A DNA stretch of 64,000 bases, taken from positions 1,312,001 through 1,376,000 of the forward strand of contig CBDEFO010000008.1 in assembly GCA_965237525.1 (NCBI GenBank). Direction: 5' to 3'. How positions within the stretch are numbered: the stretch's first letter is position 1; each line of letters opens with the position of its first letter. The stretch is from Candidatus Latescibacterota bacterium. Lineage in GTDB: Bacteria > Latescibacterota > CBDEFO01. Shown in pieces: positions 9,503-20,558 of the stretch. Below the pieces are notes generated by a model, which saw nothing but the letters and a program-made list of their open reading frames with translations, searched no databases and was not told the DNA's origin. A program made the position numbers and the translations under genes.

Positions 9503-10663
9503 TTATCTTCTCTCCAGTTTAGAGTATACATCCAGGAGTCTTCCCTCCATCCTTCCCCAATTATACCTTTTCTCCACAGCCTTCCTTCCTCTGTCTCCCA
9601 TCCTTTTAGCCTCTTTGCGATCTTCTAATAGATGACAGATCGCAGCTGCGATCTCCTTCGGTTCTGTGGGATTCACCACGACTCCACAACCTTCCTTGGA
9701 CACGAACTCCTCGATAGGTGGCAGGTTGCTCCCCACAATCGGAATCCCGCACGCTGCGTACTCAAACTGTTTTGTCGGAACGTTCTTAAAGAACTTGGGG
9801 ATCGGCAGAAGCGTGGCCATTCCCACCTTCGACACCCTTATGTAATCGGCCACTTCTGTGTGATCCACGACCCCGGCAAGCTCCACATTGTCATCAAGAT
9901 CGTTCTCCCTGATTAATCTCTCCATTTCCCTTTTGCACTCAGCGTCCCTTAGTGGCCCCACCAACAGAAGCTTTATGTTCTCAATTTCCCGCTTAACCTC
10001 TCTTATAGCCTCCACTAACTTTACGGCTCCCCTTGGCCTGTGGATCGCCCCTACATATATAACTACCTCGTAACCTTCATACTTGCTCTTCAAGTCCGAT
10101 AGGGCATTCCCATTTTCTCTAAACAGCTCAAGCCGCGGAAGATTCCCCACCTGGACGACATTTCTATTAAATTTCCTGTACCTTTTCCATAGAGCCTTGT
10201 CCGCCGCGATGATAAAATCTGCAAACCGACTAAGAGCGCTCTCCACAATATCTACTAGAAAAGCCAACAGCCAATGTAATCCCCTCGGTATCTTTTCAGA
10301 GTCCCTCATCCTGTCAGGCTGATGCTCATGAGCGTCGTAAATTAAACTGCATTTGCCAAAGACCTTCAGACCTAATCCTATGGCAAGGAGCTCAAAATCG
10401 TGTACATGATACATATCTGCTCGTTCTCTTTTCCCAAAGCTGTACAATCTCCACAGGCGCGACATCCTCCCCAAAAACCCAGTGCCCCATTCCATTTGCA
10501 CAACATTTACCCCCTGTACATCTTCTTTCTTGACCGCCCGATCTTCCCCCCAACACGCCGCAAGCGTAATATCCTTATAGACCTTTACAAGCGACAAAAC
10601 CTCCTTGTAGAAAATCCTGCTGTCGAACGGGCTGTGTCCCAGAGTCAAAATACATATTTTCAT
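9503..10663 (-). CDS. Family 4 glycosyltransferase
   Basis: H..FDSRIFYKE, IYDAHE and PTKQFEYAACGIPIV GT-B motifs. Confidence 0.9.
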   Translation of the reverse strand: MKICILTLGHSPFDSRIFYKEVLSLVKVYKDITLAACWGEDRAVKKEDVQGVNVVQMEWGTGFLGRMSRLWRLYSFGKRERADMYHVHDFELLAIGLGLKVFGKCSLIYDAHEHQPDRMRDSEKIPRGLHWLLAFLVDIVESALSRFADFIIAADKALWKRYRKFNRNVVQVGNLPRLELFRENGNALSDLKSKYEGYEVVIYVGAIHRPRGAVKLVEAIREVKREIENIKLLLVGPLRDAECKREMERLIRENDLDDNVELAGVVDHTEVADYIRVSKVGMATLLPIPKFFKNVPTKQFEYAACGIPIVGSNLPPIEEFVSKEGCGVVVNPTEPKEIAAAICHLLEDRKEAKRMGDRGRKAVEKRYNWGRMEGRLLDVYSKLERR

Positions 10664-10699
10664 AAGAGATGAGAGACCGCTTTGATGTTCTCCTCCGAC

Positions 10700-11896
10700 T
10701 TATTTTAGGGAACGGAGAGACTTCCGTGCATCCAGAACACAAGAATAGACTTCCAGCACCCTCTGTGCCGTAACTTCCAGGTCGAACCTGCTTTTTGCAT
10801 ATTGCGCTATTTTCTCAGCTTTATATTCTTGGGGATGATCCAACACGTATAACATAGCGTCTTTAAGCCCTTCTACATCTCTCGGCTCCACCAGTATGCC
10901 CACATCCTCCGTCACCACCTCCTCAGGTCCGCCGCACCTTGTTGAGACGACGGGCTTCCCACAGGCCAAGGCCTCAATCACACAGAGTCCAAAGCTTTCT
11001 GAAAAGCTGGGCAGCACCATAAGATCTGATCCAGAAAGCCATAAGGGCACCTGGTCTATAGGAACGGCGTCCACGAATTTTACCTTATCGTCGATCCCCA
11101 AATTCTTGGTTATTACGCGGAACTCCTCATCGTCTTTTCTCTCCTTGTTCCTTCCTAACAATACCAACTCCACATCCTCCCTCATCTTGAATATACGAGC
11201 CGATGCCGCAAGCAGAACTCCTAAGCCCTTCCTTCTGTCGAATCTCCCTACATATATGATCCTTTTGACCTTGTAGTTTTCTACCTTGCGTTCGCCCTTG
11301 CCGCATATCCGAAACAGCTTTGTATTCACCCCGTTGTAGATCACCCTGACCTTGTCTTTTTTCACACCCATTGCCTCAGCCAATCTTTTCATATCTTCAC
11401 TCACAGCTATAACAAAGTTCGCCCTTCTCAACGTCCACGCGATCAATCCCTTCAGTAACCATTTTCTTGGAAAGAGTTTCAAGTCGCTCCCATGAACTGT
11501 CACCACCACAGGCCTCTTGAATACTATACCGAGCAGGACAGCTCCGAAACCGTCCGGGTAGGCGACGTGCGCATGTATCAGATCGAACTTCAGCCTCCTT
11601 GTCTCCTTAAAAAGCGAGACAAAGTAGAAGAGCCCTACGATCCAAAACAGTATCATGCGCGGAAATGTCAAGTATCTTGGCCTCAAAACTTCGATCCCAT
11701 CCACCGCCTCCCTTTTCGGGATCTGGCGCAGCCTGCTCCATCTTCCAAAGCCTCCCAAAGGCGGAAACCAGGGCACAGGAGCTAAAACTTTAAGATCACA
11801 CCACTCCTTTAGAAAACTCACCTCCTCCTTTACAAATATCCCTGAAATAGTACTGAACTTATTCGGAAACAGATGAGATGTCAAAAGAACCTTCAT
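10700..11896 (-). CDS. Family 4 glycosyltransferase (TuaC-like)
   Basis: DLIHAH, VTVHGSD and ESFGLCVIEALACGKPVV. Confidence 0.9.
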   Translation of the reverse strand: MKVLLTSHLFPNKFSTISGIFVKEEVSFLKEWCDLKVLAPVPWFPPLGGFGRWSRLRQIPKREAVDGIEVLRPRYLTFPRMILFWIVGLFYFVSLFKETRRLKFDLIHAHVAYPDGFGAVLLGIVFKRPVVVTVHGSDLKLFPRKWLLKGLIAWTLRRANFVIAVSEDMKRLAEAMGVKKDKVRVIYNGVNTKLFRICGKGERKVENYKVKRIIYVGRFDRRKGLGVLLAASARIFKMREDVELVLLGRNKERKDDEEFRVITKNLGIDDKVKFVDAVPIDQVPLWLSGSDLMVLPSFSESFGLCVIEALACGKPVVSTRCGGPEEVVTEDVGILVEPRDVEGLKDAMLYVLDHPQEYKAEKIAQYAKSRFDLEVTAQRVLEVYSCVLDARKSLRSLK

Positions 11897-11982
11897 ACTT
11901 CACATAAAATTAGTCTGGAAGTCACTATAGAGATCCAAGAATAGTAGACGGCCAGCGAGAGGGATGCCCTCTATGCTGTCTA

Positions 11983-12005
11983 CCCCCGATTGATTCTATC
12001 GGGGG
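11983..12005. repeat. Palindromic element copy; supplies the TAG stop of the Wzy/ligase gene
   Basis: CCCCCGATTGATTCTATCGGGGG between CTGTCTA and CTATTGTCTACT. Confidence 0.9.
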
Positions 12006-13465
12006 CTATTGTCTACTGTCTTGCCTGTGCCTATCGTCTTGACAGCAAACAGCATGCCCGTCATAACCCAGAGGAAATTATTGTTTATATCCGCGGTGAA
12101 CAACATACTGGCCTGGAAAGCCACGAATACAGAGACATAACCTATGAGCATGGATTTGTGGACTCCGTCCTGGATCTCTTTGATCCCCCTTATCCCTGCC
12201 ATTAGAATCGCAAACATCAGCCAAGCGGCAATTGTAAACCCGACAATTCCCAGTTCCGCCAATAGGTTCGCAGGCAGAGTATGCGACTCCCTTGCCCGAA
12301 ACCAGTTTGGAAAGTCTATTGACCTGTACCTGTAATCCCTGTCGAACAGTACCGGAAAAGATCTGAATCCTACACCCAAGAACGGATTGTCCAAAAACAT
12401 CCTCCAGGCCCCTATCATAAAATATATCCTGCCGCTACTGGAGACTCTGGCCGAAGACCCCATCTCATCCACAATCGTAAAGAGAGACGTAAAACGCCCT
12501 ATCACGATATTTGCAAAATTTTCCGAGACGAAGGTTATGAACAATACTATTACTGCAATCACGCCCACAAATACAAATAGAAACTTGATCTTGCGACTTA
12601 GAAAGACCACAGAACACACCCCCACTACCGTTGCAAGCCAACTGGTGCGCGAAAAACTGATCACGATCCCACTCATAAGCGCCACCATTCCCAAAAGAAG
12701 GACAACCCTCTTCCACAGGGACATCTTGAAATTTACAAATATCGCCGTAGACAGCACGAGCCCTATCATCAAGAATACCGCAAAGTAGTTCGGATTGTGA
12801 AACGTCGCCGCGGCCCTCGGTACAGTCGCTCCCAAAGACTGAACTACCTGGGCAGGAAGGTAAAATTCCTCAGTCAGAGCCTGATATATCCCAAACACTG
12901 ACGCAGCGACAGTGCAGATTATCACAGACGCGGTGACAAATATCACGTCCCTTTTATTCTCGATCAAAAGCACCGTAGCAAACATCAGAGCGGCCAAGAA
13001 TAAGAGCCGGACAAAATCGACCGCCGCCTCTAATCTATCCACGGCATAGGAAACTGAGATCCCCACCACGGCTAAGAACAATATCAGCGGGAGATTTATT
13101 TCAAGTCGTGGCAGGCGGGTTCTACCTCTCAGAAAGGCGTTAGCCATAGAAAATAGCAAAGCCCCGCCGCCCGTGATATGAAACGCCGTTATCGGGACCT
13201 CATAGACGTCGAAGAACTTGGTCGTATCTACCAATGTCCCGGTATAGTCCAGGGCTGTGCTTATTATCATTAAAGGAAACAGAATCTGTGGATAGATCGG
13301 TAAAATCACTACAAGTAACGCCCCCAATAGCGCCCCTGCTACAACCAGAGCATCTTCAACAGGTAGGGCTATTCCAACGACCACAACAGACATTGCCACA
13401 AGAAACAATAAAGGAAAGCCCCATTTCTCAAACGAAGATAGATCCATGTCTGACGCTGCCTGCAA
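11996..13465 (-). CDS. O-antigen ligase/Wzy polymerase family membrane protein
   Basis: About 12 TM helices; RAAATFHNPNYFA, SFSRTSWL, R..F..GAWRMF.DNPFLGVG and H......AELGIVG motifs. Confidence 0.88.
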   Translation of the reverse strand: MQAASDMDLSSFEKWGFPLLFLVAMSVVVVGIALPVEDALVVAGALLGALLVVILPIYPQILFPLMIISTALDYTGTLVDTTKFFDVYEVPITAFHITGGGALLFSMANAFLRGRTRLPRLEINLPLILFLAVVGISVSYAVDRLEAAVDFVRLLFLAALMFATVLLIENKRDVIFVTASVIICTVAASVFGIYQALTEEFYLPAQVVQSLGATVPRAAATFHNPNYFAVFLMIGLVLSTAIFVNFKMSLWKRVVLLLGMVALMSGIVISFSRTSWLATVVGVCSVVFLSRKIKFLFVFVGVIAVIVLFITFVSENFANIVIGRFTSLFTIVDEMGSSARVSSSGRIYFMIGAWRMFLDNPFLGVGFRSFPVLFDRDYRYRSIDFPNWFRARESHTLPANLLAELGIVGFTIAAWLMFAILMAGIRGIKEIQDGVHKSMLIGYVSVFVAFQASMLFTADINNNFLWVMTGMLFAVKTIGTGKTVDNSPR

Positions 13466-13489
13466 CTTAAGACCTCCGATTTTAGGGCA

Positions 13490-14794
13490 CTACGCTACAC
13501 TATGCCATTTGATACTCAACCTCATAAAGGCAAAATCCTCCGTCTTGGGGAAAATCAAACTTCCGGACGAAACCGAAGTGTTCTGTACAAAATATCTGAA
13601 AATCGATCCCGACCACAGAATATAGGCCGCAGAGGTCGCAAGACCCGCTCCCACGAGCCCGAATCTCGGAATCAGTATTAAATTCAGAATCACATTCAGT
13701 GCCAAACCAGAGCCTGCGGCTATCATCGTAACATTCGGATACCCCTTGGTCCACAGGTTCGTCCCTATAATAGATCCCGAAGCCGCAGCTAAAATCCCCG
13801 GCATCATAAACACCAGCGGAATGTAAGCTCCCTCAAAGTCCACTCCAAATATAGCAGGTATAATCCACCATCCTATAAGAACCATTAAAAGACCCATGCA
13901 CACCGTCAGTAAAATTACCAGCCTGTTCACCTTAGCTGTTAGTCTATCCCCCCCCTCAACACTATCGGCGGAAACCTTGGGGAATAACACATTCGCAGCC
14001 ACGTTCGGGACCTTCATCAACATCTCAGCGAACACTATCGCAATCGAATAGACCCCCGCAGAGACGTGTCCCAAGAAATAGTCCACAAGAAAGATGTCCA
14101 CTCTGAACAATAGAGCCACCAATACGTTCACAACCATCCCCTTGGATCCTACCTTCAGCGACTCTTTGAAAAGCCCGCCAGAGAACCTCCTCTTTATACC
14201 GATTAACCTGAACAATAACCAAAATCCCAGAATAAACGCAAAAAGCGACGCTATCAACCAGTTCAACATGACCCACTTAAGCCCTAATTTCAATCCCCAC
14301 AGCACGAATACATTTCCACAAAGATATAGAAAGGCCGCGACCACCGGAACAGTATTAAACTCAATCATTCTGTCCATGCCCAAGAAAATAGAATATATCG
14401 CGTGCAGCAGCACAGTCACCACAGCCACGCCTACCGCCAGGCCGAAAAGACCCCCAATGCTCAGATCCCTAAAGCCACTCACCAGTAGGAAAAAACATAA
14501 AGTTAGAAAAAGTCCCACTCCCAGACTGTACAACATGCTATTTGCAAATAGATCACCAGCCCTACTTCTATCTTTCCCGACAAGATACGAATTTGATCTC
14601 GAGATCATCTGGCCGAAAAACAGAGTAAGCAAAATAGCGGTAGTGGACAGTATAGCGTACTGTCCTCTGCCCTCAGCCCCCAAAAATCGCGTCAGCATCA
14701 CGTTGTTCCCTAACGCCATCACTATCACCCCCACATCGCGAGCCAATCTCAGAGAAAAGCTCTTTGAAAATGACATTTCCTCGGCTTTCCCCAA
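13490..14794 (-). CDS. Wzx-type oligosaccharide flippase
   Basis: TRFLGAEGRGQYA, RVDIFLV, GVYSIA and LNLILIPRFGLVGAGLAT; many TM helices. Confidence 0.9.
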   Translation of the reverse strand: MGKAEEMSFSKSFSLRLARDVGVIVMALGNNVMLTRFLGAEGRGQYAILSTTAILLTLFFGQMISRSNSYLVGKDRSRAGDLFANSMLYSLGVGLFLTLCFFLLVSGFRDLSIGGLFGLAVGVAVVTVLLHAIYSIFLGMDRMIEFNTVPVVAAFLYLCGNVFVLWGLKLGLKWVMLNWLIASLFAFILGFWLLFRLIGIKRRFSGGLFKESLKVGSKGMVVNVLVALLFRVDIFLVDYFLGHVSAGVYSIAIVFAEMLMKVPNVAANVLFPKVSADSVEGGDRLTAKVNRLVILLTVCMGLLMVLIGWWIIPAIFGVDFEGAYIPLVFMMPGILAAASGSIIGTNLWTKGYPNVTMIAAGSGLALNVILNLILIPRFGLVGAGLATSAAYILWSGSIFRYFVQNTSVSSGSLIFPKTEDFAFMRLSIKWHSVA

Positions 14795-14796
14795 CT

Positions 14797-16044
14797 TTAT
14801 GCCTCCTGCTTATCTTCCGCTTCTCCCCACCGTTTCAGTCGTTTTAACTCGGTCAAAATTTTTTCCAGCTTTTTAGAATCCTCGTCCTCACCCTCCCTTA
14901 TGACATTAAAGTACTCGATAAGGAGAACACCCATAATCATAAAGACGCAACTGAAAATCGTAGAGAGCAAGACTATTACAGTTCTTTTGGGCTTGGCCTT
15001 TATATCCGGAGGAACGGCATAGTCCGAGAACTGAACCGTGGGAGTTGTGTTGGTCTCCTCTATACTTGCCCTTGCATACTCCTCAAGCAGAAACTCACCC
15101 ACAGCTGATTGTATTATCATATCCTTACCTAACTGGGAATACTCCAAAGATACACCCGGAATATCCGCCAGTGGCAGAAATAGGTTCTCACCGAAGTCTC
15201 CCAAGCCTATCTCTTCAAACTGTCCATCGGAACCCCGGGCCCTTCTTCCGAATTTCATTTGGTTCAACTGCCTCTTTCTAAACCCTATACTATTTTCGAT
15301 TTTTCTGACCTCAGGGTGATCGAAGTTCATCGAGCTTTTGAACGTCCACAACTTCAGTTCCAGCTCCATCAACTCAGCCTGTATCCTGGACGCTACCTGG
15401 ATTGCGGCCTCGGCCTGATCGGGCACAGATATAGCATTGTGCTTCTCCTGAAACTCCTTTAAGGCCACCTGCGATGCCTCTAATTTGGGAGTGTGTATGA
15501 CCATCTGTCTCTCGATGAACTCCTTTCTGTCGGACGCCATCCGTATGGACAATTCCTGGTTCTTCTTGTCCAAGAAATGCACAAAAGCGTTTGCCATGTC
15601 AGCGGCCGTTACAGGTGATGTATCCAGTACACTTACCGCGATCAACCCATCATCCGTTTTTCTTACTTCGATGTTGCCCCTCAAGATCTCCAGTGTCTTG
15701 TCTCTGTATTCCTGCTCGTAGGCTTCCATTAGATTAAACCTGTCAATTATCTTATTTGCCACCTCGTCGCCCTTTAGGATGCCGACGAAAATGTCCGCAG
15801 GACTTCCCCTTTCGCCCAATCTTAAGGACGGAACCGGAAGCTGTGATATCAGCTCACTGAACCCGTAAGTTCGACTTTGCCGTTTGGGCGGCAGAACCGT
15901 CGCCGTCGCCCTGTACCATTCGGGCAGCAGAAGACTCACTACAGCCGAGACAACAAATACCGAGGAAACAATACCAAAGATAGCCTTCCATCTTTTTACC
16001 AAGATGTAGAATATATCCAGGACGTTCATCTCCTTTTTACTCAT
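14797..16044 (-). CDS. Polysaccharide chain-length determinant (Wzz/GumC-like)
   Basis: N- and C-terminal TM segments, Y.ATATVLP, HPEV coiled coil and AVPPDIKAKPKR. ATG at 16044 follows a GGAG RBS. Confidence 0.88.
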   Translation of the reverse strand: MSKKEMNVLDIFYILVKRWKAIFGIVSSVFVVSAVVSLLLPEWYRATATVLPPKRQSRTYGFSELISQLPVPSLRLGERGSPADIFVGILKGDEVANKIIDRFNLMEAYEQEYRDKTLEILRGNIEVRKTDDGLIAVSVLDTSPVTAADMANAFVHFLDKKNQELSIRMASDRKEFIERQMVIHTPKLEASQVALKEFQEKHNAISVPDQAEAAIQVASRIQAELMELELKLWTFKSSMNFDHPEVRKIENSIGFRKRQLNQMKFGRRARGSDGQFEEIGLGDFGENLFLPLADIPGVSLEYSQLGKDMIIQSAVGEFLLEEYARASIEETNTTPTVQFSDYAVPPDIKAKPKRTVIVLLSTIFSCVFMIMGVLLIEYFNVIREGEDEDSKKLEKILTELKRLKRWGEAEDKQEA

Positions 16045-16058
16045 GTCCACTCCTCCTC

Positions 16059-17768
16059 TCACTTAGTGACGCTATCCACCACAATAACGAGTGTCGCTGC
16101 CTGTCCCAGAACTGACATACTACTCTTGAAGAAACCCCAGAAATCCACCTCCCTTTTGGAGGGGATCCAGACCGTATCCCCCGGGAGTATCTCGTCAACT
16201 TCCTCGGACTTAAGCAGAAGACCGTCCTCGGACTTGATCACCATCATCCGGCCCTTATCCGCGTTCCACGTCAGTCCTCCTGCCTGAGACAGATAGTAAT
16301 ACGCATCCGCTTCCGCGACGAACTCCACTAGACCGGGGGTCTTGACGTGTCCACTCACGCCTACAGTTTCCCTCTTATTCGGAATCCTTACTTCATCTTC
16401 CGAGAGCAGGAGCAGATCCTCAGACAGGTCCCCCTCTATGAATAACTTACGAAAATCAACGAGCATCCTTCCCGGGCGTTCCCTTGATTTCGTCGCGAAA
16501 TACCCCCTCTCGTCCTCATCCATATCCGCCACGGGAATCTCCTTGAGCCGCTCAAATTCGGCGTCCCTTATCAATGAAAGTTCACCTCTAAAGACTACAG
16601 CAGCGACCAGCGAGGCCTCCTCCGTAAATCCACCCGTTTGCCTTATAAGATCAGTCAACATTACGCCCTTTTTACCTATCACGTAGATCCCTGGCATCAT
16701 CACCTCACCCCTGACTCTCACCCACCTTTTCTTCCTCCAGTCTGGGATACGACGCAGGAATACTCGGTCGTCAGGCATAAGATCGAGATTCCTCGTCCCA
16801 CCCATCGCTGACAGATGCTCGTTCAGATCGATCCATATATGCTGTACCCCGATGCCGTCCTCCTCAAATCGGGCGATCTCCACGCTGTCTAAATACGCAT
16901 TTGCCTGGAGTCCCCCGGCCAGTTCTATGATACTTTCGATGCTGTCATCTCCCGTCAGTTCATACTTGCCGGGGACGTTCACCGCCCCGAATACGTCCAT
17001 GTAACTCTTCCCCACAGGCACGTGGATTACATCTCCCATGCGGACGTAAGGATTTGTCTCCATCCTATGCGTTCGGTAGTACATATCCAGATCCACATTG
17101 ACGACAGTTCCGTCGAGCCTGTAGACCTTTATATTCCTCGTCGACGAGCGCGCTTCGGCAACGGGTTCAATTACAGGCGAAGGGAACGGTCTTGCGTCAA
17201 TTAGCCCTCCCGACGCTTCTATAACGTCTGAGACCCTGTCCATAGCGTAGGCTACGATTGGACCGGGCTTCCTGACGTAACCCTTGACGGCTACTTTGAA
17301 AGACCGAAGATCGGTCAGAGCCACAGATACATCGACGTCCCTTTCGTATCGGGCTTTGACCGCATTTATGATCAACTCTCTGGCCTTTGCCAAGCTCCTG
17401 TCCGAAACGTCCACCTCGCCCACCGTCGGTATCAAGAGCTTCCCCTCCGGGGTCACTACAAGCTTCAGTTCGTGATCCAACTCTCCCCAGAGATAGACCG
17501 TAAACTTATCGTCAGGCCCCACGATATATTCATTCGGGTCTATCCTCCTGTCGAGCGCCTTCTGAAACTCCTTCGGACGGCCTAACGGCAGAAGAGGCCC
17601 CTCCTCCTCCTGTTCGACCTCCGGCAGTGTCGCCTCCGGCAGAGAAGGGATCATCCTTCTTTCCCTCTTCTCCGACTCACTGACCAGACCCCTCAGGCTT
17701 TGTGAAAACGCAGGTGGGAGCTGGGATAAGATAATAGCTAGGATAATGACAAGTCTAAACCTAAACAT
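16059..17768 (-). CDS. Polysaccharide export protein with SLBB domains (Wza/KpsD-like)
   Basis: Signal peptide; YIVGPDD..V.LWG Poly_export motif; repeated V.G.V..PG and AGG SLBB motifs. Confidence 0.9.
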   Translation of the reverse strand: MFRFRLVIILAIILSQLPPAFSQSLRGLVSESEKRERRMIPSLPEATLPEVEQEEEGPLLPLGRPKEFQKALDRRIDPNEYIVGPDDKFTVYLWGELDHELKLVVTPEGKLLIPTVGEVDVSDRSLAKARELIINAVKARYERDVDVSVALTDLRSFKVAVKGYVRKPGPIVAYAMDRVSDVIEASGGLIDARPFPSPVIEPVAEARSSTRNIKVYRLDGTVVNVDLDMYYRTHRMETNPYVRMGDVIHVPVGKSYMDVFGAVNVPGKYELTGDDSIESIIELAGGLQANAYLDSVEIARFEEDGIGVQHIWIDLNEHLSAMGGTRNLDLMPDDRVFLRRIPDWRKKRWVRVRGEVMMPGIYVIGKKGVMLTDLIRQTGGFTEEASLVAAVVFRGELSLIRDAEFERLKEIPVADMDEDERGYFATKSRERPGRMLVDFRKLFIEGDLSEDLLLLSEDEVRIPNKRETVGVSGHVKTPGLVEFVAEADAYYYLSQAGGLTWNADKGRMMVIKSEDGLLLKSEEVDEILPGDTVWIPSKREVDFWGFFKSSMSVLGQAATLVIVVDSVTK

Positions 17769-17846
17769 AACCTCAGACCTCCTTAGTTTAACAATTAACA
17801 GGATAACTCCCTAAAGATTGACAGATTACTATCGCATTTTTAAAGC

Positions 17847-19556
17847 TCAAAAATAGTTATATCTGATCGAGAGAATAATCTCGTTGTCCACAGGATCAGT
17901 CCGGGCATTTTCCACCTTTACGTTATCGGAAAATGTTCTTCTGTAGCTGGAAAAAAGGTAAAGATCCCTTATGACCTCATACGACCCTTCAAATCCCAGT
18001 CTCGTTCTCTTTTCCACCACACCGTCAAGGAACCTCTTTGTAGCGACATTATCCGACCTCTTGATCCCGACTTCAACGTCACCTCCCACATTCCTTATCA
18101 CCTTTCCATCATCAGAAATTACGTTTTCCCCTTGTCTTTCTCTTTGGAGAGAAACCGCTAAAGAGACATCCTTACTGAATCTATGTTCAGCCCTGAAAAA
18201 GACGTCATCTCCATTAGGTCCCAGCTGATGCCCCAAGATCGAACCAAAATGCATAAACATATTTATAGGGAACTTATGGGTGTACACCCACGGTTCCAGT
18301 CTGGCGTACTCAAACCTTAAATCTGTATCCCGAAGCCCGAAAGGATCGTTCCAGAAGAGACCGCCCTGAAGGGCAAATTTATTGGAGATTGCGCCCTTTC
18401 CGAGCTTAAACTTCTTAAGATCATCTATAAACAGAGCCCCGTAGAGCTTGACACCTCTTATTAAATTTACGTCCACATCCAATCCCATAGTCGTATTGTC
18501 CCTATCTCCAAGGTAGGTCTCGGCCGCCCAGTAGAGCATAAAGGGGTTAAGGTACGTCGGTTCCAGCCCCCTGTCACCATATATCACCACCTCGTGAAAG
18601 CCGACATCCACACCGGGATATACGGCAATTTCTATTCTGTGAGCAGCCAGGTACTTCCTCTTGTCTATATCTCTGCTAAATCCTCCGACCACGTACGACC
18701 TTGTGCTATCAGGATCGTTCGACCTCAAAAATCCTGCGATGCTTACGAGCTTGAATCTGCCGTACTGCGCCCTTAACCTTACCATATCAAACGAAGGAAC
18801 GTTGTCAGACAGGGCTAAATTCTCCCTGAACCCCGGCCCCCAAATTGCAGAGTCCTTCCCGATCTCCACATCGAACCAGGGAAAAGAAAATACAAAATAT
18901 GCATCTGCCTCCCTAAAATCCGTAAAATCGTCCCTTAAAGTTACAAATTCAAGTCGCCTTTCAAAGACATCATCTCTGGTAAAATATCTCCTTGTCCCCT
19001 GCTCTCTCGTATCTCTTATTCTTGTCCTGAACCCTAAGGTTCCCCCTAAATTCCCTCTTATCTCAAAACCCAAAGTCGTCTGATAGATTTTCTCCGTCTT
19101 TCGATTCGAGTCCCCAGAATTGAAGATTCCCCTCTGTCTGAACAGTAGATCAAAGTAGAGATTGCTCCTATCCTGCTCCCAGAAAAAGAGATTCTCTCCA
19201 TTTACAAACCTGGAAAGGAAGTTCTTTCCCGAAATATAGACTGACTCCACTCCCAGGGCCTGTAGCTCCTCCCTGAACTCACGCTTTAACTCGCCCAACT
19301 CCCCCCTTTCAACCCGACTCAATTCTCCACCCTCATTGCCCCATCTTACGATCCTGGCCAGGGCCCCTGCCATCTCCATCCTTGAAAAGGGCTTTATCCC
19401 GTTTCCTATATTTTTCAAGACTCCCTTTGCCTCAAACCGATCTATAAAGTCGTAAGACCAGTGATCCAGAGGAACATTGGAAGAGGCATCTTTTGAATAT
19501 CCCCACAGAGGTCCTGAGCAGAACAGGAAAGCGCAGAAGATAGTCCAGCCTATCAT
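17847..19556 (-). CDS. Capsule assembly Wzi-family outer membrane protein
   Basis: Signal peptide; PLDHWSYDF, WGPG....L.LSDN and KYLAAHRIE; beta-barrel-like, terminal Phe; cluster context. Confidence 0.8.
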   Translation of the reverse strand: MIGWTIFCAFLFCSGPLWGYSKDASSNVPLDHWSYDFIDRFEAKGVLKNIGNGIKPFSRMEMAGALARIVRWGNEGGELSRVERGELGELKREFREELQALGVESVYISGKNFLSRFVNGENLFFWEQDRSNLYFDLLFRQRGIFNSGDSNRKTEKIYQTTLGFEIRGNLGGTLGFRTRIRDTREQGTRRYFTRDDVFERRLEFVTLRDDFTDFREADAYFVFSFPWFDVEIGKDSAIWGPGFRENLALSDNVPSFDMVRLRAQYGRFKLVSIAGFLRSNDPDSTRSYVVGGFSRDIDKRKYLAAHRIEIAVYPGVDVGFHEVVIYGDRGLEPTYLNPFMLYWAAETYLGDRDNTTMGLDVDVNLIRGVKLYGALFIDDLKKFKLGKGAISNKFALQGGLFWNDPFGLRDTDLRFEYARLEPWVYTHKFPINMFMHFGSILGHQLGPNGDDVFFRAEHRFSKDVSLAVSLQRERQGENVISDDGKVIRNVGGDVEVGIKRSDNVATKRFLDGVVEKRTRLGFEGSYEVIRDLYLFSSYRRTFSDNVKVENARTDPVDNEIILSIRYNYF

Positions 19557-20557
19557 AAGGGAATAGGTACTCCCTTTCCTTTCATAGATCTCTGTGCCGC
19601 ATTGAGGATCCTTAGCACCCGCAATCCGTCTATCCCGTCGCTTCTTGGGGTCCTCCTCTCTTTAACGCAATCTATGAAATGCCTGCACTCCTCCCCCAAG
19701 GGCTCGGAGACCTTCACACTCGGAATAACAATATCCCCTACCCTTATCCTCAAGGCCTCTCCGTAGCTTTCGTACTCAAGATTCTGATCTACTCCCCTGT
19801 CGTAAATCCTGATCGTCTCCGAGGCGTTAATGTCGTCAAACACAGCCATCTTCTTGCTCCCCACAATCGTCAACTTCCTTATTCTGTGAGGATCGAGCCA
19901 GCTTACATGAATGTGAGCCATAACCCTATCTTTAAAGTGCATGGTCACAAAAACTACGTCTTCCACGCCATCTTGCAGGTACCCCTGCCCCACAGCACTC
20001 ACCAAAATAGGTTCTTCCTCCAAAAGAAAGGTGACCATAGAGATATCGTGAGGGGCAAAGCTCCACAGAGCGTTTTCCTCCCTTCTGACTCTGCCCAAAT
20101 TCACACGCGCCGAATATATATAGTGCACATCTCCTAATTCATTATTCTGGACATATTCCTTCAACCTCAAAAGGGACGGGTGATACTCCATAAGATGCCC
20201 CACCAGCAACACCTTACCCTTCTGCTTTGCGATCCCCACCAGCTCCTCACCTTCCCTTACGTCCAGAACAAACGGCTTTTCTACAAATACATCCTTGCCG
20301 GCATACAGTGCTCCCCTGGCAAACTCATAGTGCGTGGGAGACGGAGTCGCTATCACAACAGCGTCCACGCTCTCATCACCGATCACCGACTGGGGATCCT
20401 GAGTGGTTCTTACGCCAGGATAGTTCTCCATTACGCTCTCTAGCACAGAAAGGTTCAAGTCACAGCAACACACCACGTTGCAATCGGCGACCCCCCAAAA
20501 GTTCCTCAACAGATTCTTACCCCAATAGCCCACACCTATTTGCCCTATTCGTATCAT
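19553..20557 (-). CDS. Gfo/Idh/MocA oxidoreductase (nucleotide-sugar dehydrogenase-like)
   Basis: IGVGYWG Rossmann motif, FVEKPF, VGHL and HDIS. Confidence 0.88.
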   Translation of the reverse strand: MIRIGQIGVGYWGKNLLRNFWGVADCNVVCCCDLNLSVLESVMENYPGVRTTQDPQSVIGDESVDAVVIATPSPTHYEFARGALYAGKDVFVEKPFVLDVREGEELVGIAKQKGKVLLVGHLMEYHPSLLRLKEYVQNNELGDVHYIYSARVNLGRVRREENALWSFAPHDISMVTFLLEEEPILVSAVGQGYLQDGVEDVVFVTMHFKDRVMAHIHVSWLDPHRIRKLTIVGSKKMAVFDDINASETIRIYDRGVDQNLEYESYGEALRIRVGDIVIPSVKVSEPLGEECRHFIDCVKERRTPRSDGIDGLRVLRILNAAQRSMKGKGVPIPL

Positions 20558-20558
20558 C